NCBI GenBank assembly: GCA_963803805.1
Contig: CAWDOD010000002.1
Location: 384,001-448,000, forward strand
DNA length: 64,000 nucleotides
Origin: an uncultured cyanobacterium
GTDB taxonomy: Bacteria > Cyanobacteriota > Cyanobacteriia > Cyanobacteriales > CAWCAG01
Reading direction: 5' to 3'
Shown here: piece after piece, positions 52,856-63,165 of the stretch
Layout: each line of letters opens with the position of its first letter
Numbering within the stretch: position 1 is the stretch's first letter
The notes under the pieces: model-generated
Databases searched by the model: none
Told to the model about the DNA's origin: nothing
The model's input: only the letters and a program-made list of their open reading frames with translations
Translations under genes and position numbers: made by a program

Positions 52856-53136
52856 GCTATATTTTTTACGTAGTTACTTATGATATTTCTGTTGACAAAA
52901 GACGTAAAAAAGTTTCGGATTTATTAGAAGGATATGGACAGAGGGTTCAATATAGTGTGTTTGAATGTTTTCTAAATCAGGCAAAGTTCATTGAATTATG
53001 TTCTCGAATGGAAAAACATATTGAGATATCAGAAGATAGCATTAGATTTTATCCTTTATCTAAATCCAGCTTAAGCTGTGTAAAGGTTTGGGGAGATCCT
53101 CCTATTAGTAAACCAAGAGGTTCAACTGTTGTTTAG
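52852..53136 (+). CDS. cas2: Cas2
   Basis: 'YVVTYDI..DKRRKKV..LLEGYGQRVQYSVFEC', 'DSIRFY'. Confidence 0.95.
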   Translation: MSYIFYVVTYDISVDKRRKKVSDLLEGYGQRVQYSVFECFLNQAKFIELCSRMEKHIEISEDSIRFYPLSKSSLSCVKVWGDPPISKPRGSTVV

Positions 53137-53143
53137 TAGTGAC

Positions 53144-53324
53144 TTGCGGCCGTGTCGCAAAATGCCGAAAAACCCTAGTTTTTCGTTGGCACGGCCGACC
53201 TTAGACTGTGAAAGGATTTCAGCCTCTTTTGCCTATCTTTGTTTGTCTCTGAATTACTTTGTTTTTACTCACGGCCGCAAACCGCTTCTAGACAGTAGGC
53301 TAGGTAAGGCTTTAGAATTAGGGG
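53144..53324 (+). promoter_or_regulatory. CRISPR leader 2
   Basis: Near-identical paralogue of leader 1, directly after cas2. Confidence 0.9.
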
Positions 53325-54550
53325 GTAACGACTTCCACTAGGAAGTAAAGGAGTTGAAACGCAAATTAGAAACGCTAAAGATTATTGTAGTTGAATCGTA
53401 ACGACTTCCACTAGGAAGTAAAGGAGTTGAAACATAACAACTTACTTCTGACCAAATTTTTCCTATATCTTGTAACGACTTCCACTAGGAAGTAAAGGAG
53501 TTGAAACTCCAGTGGTCATTCTTATTATTCTCTGGCAGCGGAATCTATAGAAGAGTAACGACTTCCACTAGGAAGTAAAGGAGTTGAAACTTTTTGGTTC
53601 AATCCTGCTAAACACCCATTGCCAAATAGCGCGGCGGGTAACGACTTCCACTAGGAAGTAAAGGAGTTGAAACACTTTTGTATTACACGCATCTATACTC
53701 TTTTACTATGTAACGACTTCCACTAGGAAGTAAAGGAGTTGAAACGTTAATTGCTCAGCCGAAGTTTCAGTTAATCTAAAGTAACGACTTCCACTAGGAA
53801 GTAAAGGAGTTGAAACAAATTTAATTTGTTAGTCATGGTTTGTTGTCCTTGATTTTGTGTAACGACTTCCACTAGGAAGTAAAGGAGTTGAAACTATATA
53901 TCATGTGCTGTAATGTTGATAGCAGTCCATAGTAACGACTTCCACTAGGAAGTAAAGGAGTTGAAACTTTATTTCTAATGTAAGAAATTAAATTATTTTC
54001 AACTTGTAACGACTTCCACTAGGAAGTAAAGGAGTTGAAACACCCATGTTTCAATGTCTATGTAGTACCATCCTTCAGAGTAACGACTTCCACTAGGAAG
54101 TAAAGGAGTTGAAACCTGAAAGTAATCTATTTTTACTTCTTTGGAGGTAACTTTTTTTTGTAACGACTTCCACTAGGAAGTAAAGGAGTTGAAACTTTGA
54201 GTTTTCAAAAGCCTGATTAGTTTGCTCTACCTCGTAACGACTTCCACTAGGAAGTAAAGGAGTTGAAACTGGAGATAGGTTAATTGTGCTTATTGAAGAG
54301 TAGTTTGAGCGTAACGACTTCCACTAGGAAGTAAAGGAGTTGAAACAAGCATCAACAAACCCTTCTAAGAAAATTGAGATTTTGTAACGACTTCCACTAG
54401 GAAGTAAAGGAGTTGAAACTACAGATTATTCAGGAGTGTCAATTTCATAAATGACCGTAACGACTTCCACTAGGAAGTAAAGGAGTTGAAACCTGCATTT
54501 GTCAAAGTTCTATTGGCGAAAGAAGGAATGTAACGACTTCCACTAGGAAG
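53325..54550 (+). CRISPR. CRISPR array 2: 16 identical 36-bp repeats GTAACGACTTCCACTAGGAAGTAAAGGAGTTGAAAC plus one truncated terminal repeat; 16 spacers of 35-47 nt
   Basis: First repeat at 53325, last full repeat 54457-54492, partial repeat 54530-54550. Confidence 0.98.
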
Positions 54551-54626
54551 CTAATCTGCTTTCCCACTGCCAAAGCCCTTGACAGATTGCATTTTGGCTT
54601 AACTTCTCACCAATGACCATTAACTA

Positions 54627-55286
54627 TTACCAACTTGGTAAATTTTGGGGAGAACTTGTAGCGCGAGAGAGATTATCTTTGGCTGGTTGGTAACTAAAAT
54701 CAAGTTCGGTGGCAACGCGATAATTTTTGATTCCTTCTAAGGGATTCCCTGTGGTTTCTTGTAGCATACCCAGCAAATTAAAGGCTTCTGGGCGAGAAGG
54801 ATCTATACCGATCGCTTTTTTGGTTTGAGCGATCGCACCCTCAAATTCCCTTTTTCTTGCCTCGTTTTTAGCCGCTTTTAAGCAAGATTCATACTTAGAT
54901 ATTGATTCTTTTTCTGAAGTACTTTCTTCTAAGATTCTGTAGACTAAATTCCGCAATTCTTTGGGTGTAAAAGGCTTTTGCAGAAAGTCTACCGCCCCCA
55001 GTTTCATCGCTTCTACGGCATTGTCTACAGTACCGTGGGCCGAAATAAGCGCAATTTTAATCTCTGGATAAAGTTCTGTGGCCTTTTCTAAAAGTTCCAT
55101 ACCATTCATCCCTGGCATTTGTAAATCTGTGAGGATGAGGTCAAACTTTTCTGCTTGTAGTTGATACAAAGCATCTTTGCCATCAAAGGCAGTATGCACT
55201 TTATATCCCAAAGGATCAAGGGCTGTAGCCACAGTTAAACGAATGTTTTTTTCATCATCAACCACAAGAATTTTAGCTTTAGACAT
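54627..55286 (-). CDS. Response regulator with a C-terminal TPR-like domain
   Basis: ILVVDDE, TDLQMPG, 'SAHG', 'QKPF'; 'AIGIDPSRPEAFNLLG'. Confidence 0.85.
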   Translation of the reverse strand: MSKAKILVVDDEKNIRLTVATALDPLGYKVHTAFDGKDALYQLQAEKFDLILTDLQMPGMNGMELLEKATELYPEIKIALISAHGTVDNAVEAMKLGAVDFLQKPFTPKELRNLVYRILEESTSEKESISKYESCLKAAKNEARKREFEGAIAQTKKAIGIDPSRPEAFNLLGMLQETTGNPLEGIKNYRVATELDFSYQPAKDNLSRATSSPQNLPSW

Positions 55287-55537
55287 AATTAAAACCTCCT
55301 TTATTTATTATTAATCACTTATTCTATTTGCTTTCTTATTATCAACCACCAAAACCATAACTTCAGACAAAATTAAAATCTCCTTAACTTATTACTTATT
55401 AAGCTGATGTGCATTTAAACTGTGTATTACTCAACTAGGAAATCAGCCCTAAAACCCTTCCCCCATCTCCCTATACCCCTATCTCCCCATCAAACCTAAT
55501 AAGTAAATTAAATGCCTGACAGCTTACTTGTCACCTA

Positions 55538-57358
55538 TCATCCATTTCTAGCTAAATTAAAAGTAAAAGTACTACCCTCTCCTGGAAGAGAATCAACCCA
55601 AATCCTCCCACCGTGAGCTTTAATAATTTCTTGACAAATGGCTAACCCTAAACCACTTCCCCCCACATCTTTTTCTGTTTCTACCTGAACGAATTTATCA
55701 AAAATTTTGCTTTGATATTCTAAGGGAATACCTGCCCCGTCATCACTAACTGAGAAGTTAACCCAGTTGCCTTTTAAGCTTCCTGCAACCCTAATTTCTC
55801 CTCCTGCATCTGTGTAGCGTATAGCATTAGCGATTAAGTTAGTTAGTACCCAAATTATTTTATCAGCATCTGCTTTAACTTGGGGTAGTGGGGAAGAATT
55901 TTTTTCTAGTAAGGAAACTTGCTTTTCTTGGGCTTGCACCTTTAAGCAAGAAATCGCTTTTTTAATTATAGTTTGCGGTTCTACACTGGCCAAAGCTATC
56001 TCCATACGTCCCGACTCCATTTTTGATAAGTCGAGAAGTTCATTAACCAAACCCCGCAAACGTTCTACATCTTCTCCGGCAGCTTCTAAAAGTTCCATTT
56101 CTGTGGCAGAAAGTTTTTCTCCGGCTGTTTCTAAAAGCAGGTTAATACTCATAGACATACCCGTTAAAGGAGTGCGTAATTCATGGGAAGCTGTGGCCAC
56201 AAAATCACTTTTAAGCTGGTCTAATTCCTTGAGTTTGGTGACATTTTGCAACAGAAGAATCACCCCTAATTGCTTACCTTCAGTTTCTGTTGTTACAGGG
56301 GTAATAGAATATTGATAATACTCAGTTTTGCCGTTACTTTCCAAAGGTAATATTGCTTCTGCTTCCTCTGCTAATGGGGGAGATTTTCCTGTTTGAGCAG
56401 TTTTTTCTATTTTTTCATAAAACTGTTGGTTATTGAACACAGTCAGGAAATGATTGCCTGTAGCTAATTGAGGTTTAGTGTTAATAATATTAGCAGCAGT
56501 GGGATTAATCGCAATAATTTTCAACTCCCCATCCACAACAACAATGCCGTCACTAATACTATAAATAATGGCTTCGCTACGCTGTTTTTCGGCAATAACT
56601 TTATCTACATTTAACTCATGAAAGCTTTTCAGATTTTGGCTCATTACCGTAATTCCTCTCCCCAAACTTCCTAATTCATCTTGGGATCTAGAAATTATTT
56701 CGACATCGTAGTCTCCCTCAGCAATACGAGTAGTAGCAAGGGTCATTTCCTTTAAAGGTTTAACTAAACGATTAGAAAGCAACAAACTAAAAGTTAAACC
56801 TAAACCTGCTGCTGCGCCACCAGCCGCTATCATAGACAAAGTAGCTTGCTCAGAAATTTCTTGCGCCCTTTCTGAAGCAATAACCATAGTTTGTTGATTC
56901 AAATCTCGCAATTTAATGCAAGTTTGACGTACTTCTTGGAAAACAGGTAGTATTTCCTCATAATAATTAGCAGAGTCAGTTAGTTGTTGGTTTAACTCAG
57001 CAACATTAAGATAGTTTTGATACTGCTTTTCTAAGGCTTTAAGAAGTTCCTTTTCCCCAGCAATAGTTATATTATCTTCAGCACGGCTATACCATTGCAA
57101 AAATTCAAATTCATTAGCTAAGAATTGTTGTTGACCCTGAGATTGATTTTCTAATAAAAATAATAAAACAGCACTATCTTGGCGCTCAATAGCATCAATC
57201 ATATTTTCGGCTGCCAGAATGCTACGGTAGTTTTCTTCTAGGATTGCTTCGCTTGCTCTGCCCAAACGTCGCAGATTAATAACCCCCCAACCACAGACTA
57301 AGATAACAAGGGTTAAAACAACGCTATAGCCAATGAGGATTTTGCTTCTTAGTTTCAT
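55538..57358 (-). CDS. Membrane sensor histidine kinase (four-helix sensor-HAMP-PAS-HisKA-HATPase, KinB-like)
   Basis: Two TMs, 'ENYRSILAAENM', HAMP, SHELRTPL, NAIRYT, GSGLGL. Confidence 0.88.
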   Translation of the reverse strand: MKLRSKILIGYSVVLTLVILVCGWGVINLRRLGRASEAILEENYRSILAAENMIDAIERQDSAVLLFLLENQSQGQQQFLANEFEFLQWYSRAEDNITIAGEKELLKALEKQYQNYLNVAELNQQLTDSANYYEEILPVFQEVRQTCIKLRDLNQQTMVIASERAQEISEQATLSMIAAGGAAAGLGLTFSLLLSNRLVKPLKEMTLATTRIAEGDYDVEIISRSQDELGSLGRGITVMSQNLKSFHELNVDKVIAEKQRSEAIIYSISDGIVVVDGELKIIAINPTAANIINTKPQLATGNHFLTVFNNQQFYEKIEKTAQTGKSPPLAEEAEAILPLESNGKTEYYQYSITPVTTETEGKQLGVILLLQNVTKLKELDQLKSDFVATASHELRTPLTGMSMSINLLLETAGEKLSATEMELLEAAGEDVERLRGLVNELLDLSKMESGRMEIALASVEPQTIIKKAISCLKVQAQEKQVSLLEKNSSPLPQVKADADKIIWVLTNLIANAIRYTDAGGEIRVAGSLKGNWVNFSVSDDGAGIPLEYQSKIFDKFVQVETEKDVGGSGLGLAICQEIIKAHGGRIWVDSLPGEGSTFTFNLARNG

Positions 57359-57771
57359 CTAAAATCTGGGTATAACCCTATTAATGATAATCCCCTAACG
57401 CACTCAATAAAATCAGCAATCTTACTTACGCTTTATGAAAGAAATAGTTGAAAATGTAAGACAAATTATGTACGAATCACAAAATTCTTAGTGCGATCGC
57501 AACTAAAAATCTATTAACAAATTCCCCAAAAAAAAGCGTTCAAAGCTTCTTCTTTTCGTGGTAAAATTAAATTTATCATAATAGGGATATCAGCACTAAA
57601 GTCTAGGCGAAACTATTCCCATTATGACATATACCTTTAAAAAAAGAATATCATAAAACAGGGACAAATAAACATAAAATTTTTCAATTTATCACCAAAT
57701 TACTGGGGAAAGATTTTTGAGTTCAAGCTGGAAAATTCTCATCTTCTTGAGGATTATCTCAATCTTCTCAA

Positions 57772-58470
57772 TTATTCCTCTGAAAAAGAGCGACCAGATA
57801 GTTTTTCGACAAAGCTTTGATGCTCAGGAGAATTTAATCCCTGTTGTAAAGTTGCTAACAACTTAGCTAAATCTCCTTTAATTAAAGGTTCTTTGTTTAA
57901 CCACAAACCAGGAAAATATTCACTACAAACAATACCTTCTTCATTGGGTTGAAGTTTAATATATTTACCTTCTCTTAATCGAAACCAATCCAATTCTCCA
58001 TCATAAACTCGCCAAACTAAATATTCTTGAACTTGATTGCGTCGGTAAGCTTTTAATTTGTCGTGTAAGTCAATAGAAGCTGTGCTAGCAGAGATTTCGA
58101 CAATTAATTCTGGCGCACCTTCTATATAATCTTCTTCGCTAATAGTTGATTGTCCATTTTCAGTAATTCTTAATAAAGCGTCGGGTTGAGGTTCATTTTC
58201 TGCATCAAGGCGTACCGTACAATTGTCTCCTACTTCAACTCCTGGTGTAGCTGACCAATATGTAAATAACCAACCCATAATAAGGGCATGAGGTTTTCCA
58301 TGTTGAGTAAATCTTAAAGGGGATGCCATATAAACTATTCCTTCAATTAGTTCCGCTTTTTTAACATGAGGCATTTGTTCATAGCGCTGTTCAAATTCAA
58401 AGCGAGTAAGTTGGTCCCCATTTTCTAGGGGAGGAATGGTTTTTATTAGTGTTAAAGTATTTTGCGGCAT
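57772..58470 (-). CDS. Uma2-family putative endonuclease
   Basis: 'PPLENGDQL', 'KAELIEGIVY', 'EPQPDALL', 'PELIVEI', 'VQEYLVW'. Confidence 0.88.
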   Translation of the reverse strand: MPQNTLTLIKTIPPLENGDQLTRFEFEQRYEQMPHVKKAELIEGIVYMASPLRFTQHGKPHALIMGWLFTYWSATPGVEVGDNCTVRLDAENEPQPDALLRITENGQSTISEEDYIEGAPELIVEISASTASIDLHDKLKAYRRNQVQEYLVWRVYDGELDWFRLREGKYIKLQPNEEGIVCSEYFPGLWLNKEPLIKGDLAKLLATLQQGLNSPEHQSFVEKLSGRSFSEE

Positions 58471-58518
58471 AACAAAGACTAAGAAGAGAAAAAAGTTCTA
58501 TTGTCTGGAGAATGAAAG

Positions 58519-58669
58519 GGGAGCATCTCAAATTGGTAAATACAGGCTTTAGCCGTCAACTTGATATTAGCTTCACTGAAGCAGCAAGAAATGTATTCTT
58601 AAAGCTAACAGCTAACAGCTAATAGCTAACTTCACAGACAAACTATTTCTGCAAAACTGAGATGCTCCC
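58519..58669 (-). mobile_element. MITE copy 2 (151 bp) with 8-bp target-site duplication AATGAAAG
   Basis: TIR GGGAGCATCTCA/TGAGATGCTCCC; AATGAAAG at 58511-58518 and 58670-58677. Confidence 0.9.
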
Positions 58670-58807
58670 AATGAAAGCGATCGCCTCTCTATTTTAGGTG
58701 ATAACAAATCCGGTTGTTGAAGACCTAACCTGCAAAATCTAAAGTACAAAAATTCCCCCAGATTAATAATAATCTGAGGGAACTGTCTTAGCTTAATATA
58801 ATTACAA

Positions 58808-61800
58808 CTAATCAAGAACAGCTAAAGCACCTGCACTTGCAGAGGCGATCGCAGAAATAAAAGCAGTAAAGAAGAGCCACCAAGAGGCCGCAGCAGCAGC
58901 TTTGCGGGTTTCATCTGCCTGTTTTTGTGCCTGCAACTTAGCTTCTTCTATACGAGCAGCCGTCTGTTGTTGCAAACGCTCTGCCCTTTGTAAGACGCGG
59001 TTACGAGTACTTTCGATTTGCTCGATGGTACGATTAGCCTGAGCTTCTGAGATATCATCACGGGAACTCAACAGAGCAACTAAGGTATCGCGGTCGAATT
59101 GCGAGAGGCGATCGCGCAGGGCATCAAAACCAGCTTCGGGATCATCAAATAAGGTGGTTACATCCCTTTTAATACCTTCGTAGTTAAGTTCAGGACGCTC
59201 TAAACTATTGAGGTAGGCACGAATCCGCTCAAAGATGCTGTCAACAATGGATTGCAGCTTAGACTGAACCATCTTAAATTGATTGAGGAATTGATCCCGT
59301 ACCTCAACAATGTTATCTACAATGCGATTAACATCTTCTTCGGAAACATCGTCCCTTTGAGACAACAAGGCAACTAAGGTAGAACGATCAAAAGCAGCTA
59401 GGCGTTCTTTTAAACTTTGCGCTCCTAAACGGGGGTCATTAAGCAGTAGTTGTAGGTCGTATTTAATGCCTTCCGGACTGAGTTCTGCTTTATCTGTAGA
59501 GCGCAAGTAATCACCAATTGCACCTTGAAAGTCCTGTACTTTGCTTTGGGCGCGGCTGGCAATGCGGCGAGGGGCTTTAACAATGCTACGCAGAGTCCCC
59601 TGCACCTCATCAATTACTTGATTGATTTGTGCTTCATCCAGGTCATCTCGTTGGTTCAGCAACTGTACTAAGGTGTCGCGATCCATAGCCGCTATGCGCC
59701 TTTGAATGGCTTTCCCCCCTGCTTGAGGGTCATCAAACAGTTTAGCTAAATCTCGCTTAATACCATCAGGGTTAAGCTCTGCTTTCCCCGTATTGCGTAG
59801 ATAATCGGTAACAGCGGAGGTTGCTTTGTCGTATTGTTCCTGGGCTTTGCCAACCAACTTTTTCGGACTACGACGAACGCGAGTCCAATTTTTTTCAACT
59901 TGATTAATGGCTTGGTGAACTTGCTCTTCGCTGAGGTCGTTACGTTGGGTAAGCAACTGCACTAAGGTATCACGATCAAAACGAGAGGCACGCTGGCGTA
60001 AGGCACTCATTCCAACTTGAGGATCATCAAGAAGTAGTTTTAGTTCCCGTTCAATTGCCTGGGGATTTAACTCATTTTTACCCGTATCTCGCAAAAAGGA
60101 TTGTACCTTGCGCCATTGTTCGTCAGCTTTAGCCTTTGCTGCCCCCAAGGTTTCTTGAGATTCTTGCAGAACTCGTCCTTTAGCTTCTTCTAAATAGACG
60201 ATGATCTGAGCTTTTTCATGGGGTTCTAAGTCAGAACGTTGGTCTAAAATACGCTCAAAGGTAGGACGGTCAAATTGAGCAAGGCGGCTGTTAAGCTGCT
60301 CGTAGTCTAGATCCGAGTTTTCTAATATTGGTTTGAAGTTAAGCTGAATTCTTTCTGGGGTAAGCTCTTCAATAGGAGTAGCAAGTAAGTACTGTTCTAC
60401 CTCTGCTAACAAAGCAATTTGTGCTTCCCGTCCATGGGCTGCTTGGGCTGTTGCTAAGGCTTCTAGACGAATAGATTCTAGCAAATTGGCAATGCTATTA
60501 ATTTTGTCTTGAGTGTAAATCCCTTTTTCTTGGAGTAAATCAACAAAATCAGCACGGCTGATTTCCTCTAATTCCTGAGCAACTGCTTCTGGATCAGCAT
60601 CTGGATCGTAAATTACGTCCCTGAATTCTCGCTCTACAATTCCAGGCTTAAGCTGCCAAGAATAGGCGTTGAGGATGTAATTCTCAATATCTGCTTTTAC
60701 TAAGCTATCTGCTGCTTCCTCACTGCTGCTAGAGGTGATAGCTCCTTTTTCTGTTAACTGGTCTTTTGCCATACGCAACTTGACGAGCAACTTTTTCAGC
60801 ATCAAAGTCAGAAAGGTCAGTACGCCCCATTACCATACCTACTAGGCTATTTATGCCAGTGGTAAGAGCTTGAGAAATGGGACCTGTGGACTCTTGATTT
60901 TCTTGGGATTGGCGACTCTGGCGCAATTCATCAACCAAATCACCTAGCTTATTAGTAAACTCATCTCCTACTAAGCTACTCGGAGCAGCAGACTTAACAT
61001 AATCAACTAATTCACCAAGAGGATCTCTGCGTTGAGGTAATTTATCTACAGTTTTTCGCCAAACTGATTCTAAGGTAGCAGCAAGTTTCTCTGTCTCCCT
61101 CTTAGATAAGTCGCTACGTTCACTAACTAAATCGACAAAGGTTTGTCTATCTATGTCCCGGAGACTATCCGCTTCTGTAAGCTCTTGTAATTTAGGGTCA
61201 TTAAGCAGGGATTCCATTTCTGCACTAACCCGTTGTAGATTCTAGTTGAGGAGGGCGTATGGTTCCTAAGTAATCTTCTAGCTTTTCTTTAACCATGTCA
61301 GGGTCTACGGCTGAAGCCAGTTCCCGACGCACAGCAGCAGCGGCCGCTTCTGCTGTAGCTACTACTTTGTTACTAGCCGCGTCTCCTACCCATAACAGCA
61401 GCAGCAGTTCCTACCAAAGCTTGGAAACCGGATGTTGCTGTATTAACTACTGAACCCACGAGGGAACCAACGGTGGTAGAACTTACCCACACTAGAAGGC
61501 AAAAGTAAGTTGCCCAAATTACCAAACCCAGAATGGCTCCTGTAGCAGGTACTTCTAATAAACTAAGCTTAATAGCTAAAAAACAAGCAAAGAATAGGGA
61601 GAGGGTGACGCTAATTAGAGTTGCTAGTCCTAAGGCAAAGCCAATTTTACGGATTGTACTTCCGAAACTATCTGAACTACCAGAGTCGGAATCCGAATCA
61701 GAAGAGCCTCCAGCTAAAGAAATTCCGGTGGCAACACCTAGATTGGTTAGAAGTAATTGGAAGGCGAAGGCTAAAACTAAACCAGCAATAAGAGCCATAA

Positions 61801-61927
61801 GAAATTCAGGGCCACTGAAAATCAAGGCTGCTTCTTCTGCTGTTTCTGGGTCAGGTTCTACAATTACCTGGCCCAGCCAGAATATTAAGCTACCAATTTT
61901 AGGTAGCATTATTTCACTCTGAAACAT
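58808..61927 (-). CDS. Large membrane-anchored helical-repeat protein (about 1038 aa) split by three +1 frameshifts
   Basis: ORFs 61373-61927, 60729-61217 and 58808-60805 join on removing single bases near 61381, 61240 and 60780; repeats 'FDRDTLVQLL.QR.DLSE'; TMs at both ends. Confidence 0.75.
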
Positions 61928-62503
61928 AAAGTATTTCTCAACTAGATTGTGGATTTTTTATTTTTAACTGATATAATGCAGCCATAAAAAGATTAGTTGA
62001 ATTAATAACAGTTAGTTCGCTGCAAGATTGATGTTACTCCTAACAATAAATAAAGTCATCTCTCCCAAGTGATAAAGCATAGTTTAACCCCCTAATACGT
62101 AGGTTATAAAATTATTTAACATCAAGTTGATTTTAATAGTAACAGGAATGCCCACTTATTTCTTAAGCAATAAGCTGTTAATCACTTAACTTGGGATATG
62201 CACAGGCTGAAGTTCCTATCCTGTATAGATATCTGATTCAATTTAAATGCCGATTGGCTTAATGCACCGTCCTCTGCTAACACTTGAGACGTACTCCTTA
62301 AGAGCTACTGTTCTAGATAAATAAAGTGGATTTAGAGCCTTGGAATCCAGTCTATTGGCAATAGATCAAGACTGATTTTGTTTTGTTAATTTTTTGGTTA
62401 GCTATTTGACAAATGCAGTTATGATTTTATTTATGCTAACAAATAGCAATTTTAACTGCTTACTAAACTAGGAAAAAATTGCTTTCATTACTGATAGCTA
62501 CTA

Positions 62504-62920
62504 GTGTTAAATTATTGTGTAAGTTTAGTGTCATCTATGCCTGAACAAGAACTGCCTACTCGCGGACAGTTAGAGAGAAGTTTATCCCAAAAAATTCAAG
62601 GTCTTTATCGTCAACAACTAGGACATCAGCCTAGCAAAATTAGCTGCAATCTGAGCGGAGAACAATTAACAATCCTCATAGAAAATGCAGTTACTCAGCC
62701 AGAACAGTTCCTGCTAGAAAAAGGAAAAGAAGAATTAACTGAAGAGGTACGCTCAAACTTAGAGGATGTTCTTGAAAGTAGTCTTAAGACATTGATTAAA
62801 GATATTGTCGGTGTAGAAGTTATAGATTTGCTCAGTGACACTACTTTAGAAACGGGAAGAAGTGCAGTGATTGCAGTTTTAGCCAGTAAACCACAATTAC
62901 GCAGCAAATTTTCCGATTAA
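62504..62920 (+). CDS. DUF2294-family protein
   Basis: 'PTRGQLERSLSQKIQ.LY..QLGHQP', 'IVGVEVIDLLSDTTLETGR'; probable start at ATG 62537. Confidence 0.8.
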   Translation: MLNYCVSLVSSMPEQELPTRGQLERSLSQKIQGLYRQQLGHQPSKISCNLSGEQLTILIENAVTQPEQFLLEKGKEELTEEVRSNLEDVLESSLKTLIKDIVGVEVIDLLSDTTLETGRSAVIAVLASKPQLRSKFSD

Positions 62921-62960
62921 ATTAAATTATTTATAACAGGAATTAATGTTAAATCAAATA

Positions 62961-63040
62961 CAGATCACTAAATTGGTGGAAGTTGGTGAGTACAAATAAA
63001 AATTGTACTGGCTAACAACCACTCAATAAATCGTGATCTG
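62961..63040. terminator. Long imperfect hairpin between convergent genes
   Basis: Nested pairings CAGATCAC/GTGATCTG, GTGG/CCAC and AGTACAA/TTGTACT. Confidence 0.45.
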
Positions 63041-63165
63041 AGCTATACCCTTCTAGGCCTTTTTATTTGAGCTAGAACGATATAGGCATATATAAAACTT
63101 ACTATATATCTACAGTTGCTGATAGTTTAAATCTTAACTTACTCCCAGCAACTGTAGATGAATAT

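Noticed and set aside
53129-53341. 70-aa ORF after cas2
   Set aside because: It is the CRISPR leader and the start of the first repeat.
40525-58677. Proven composite transposon carrying CRISPR-Cas
   Set aside because: The outer flanks (TCTTTGAT and AATGAAAG) do not match, and the right MITE has its own TSD, so it inserted independently.
58612-58815. Short ORFs overlapping MITE copies (also 40650-40871)
   Set aside because: They derive from MITE and intergenic sequence and show no protein features.
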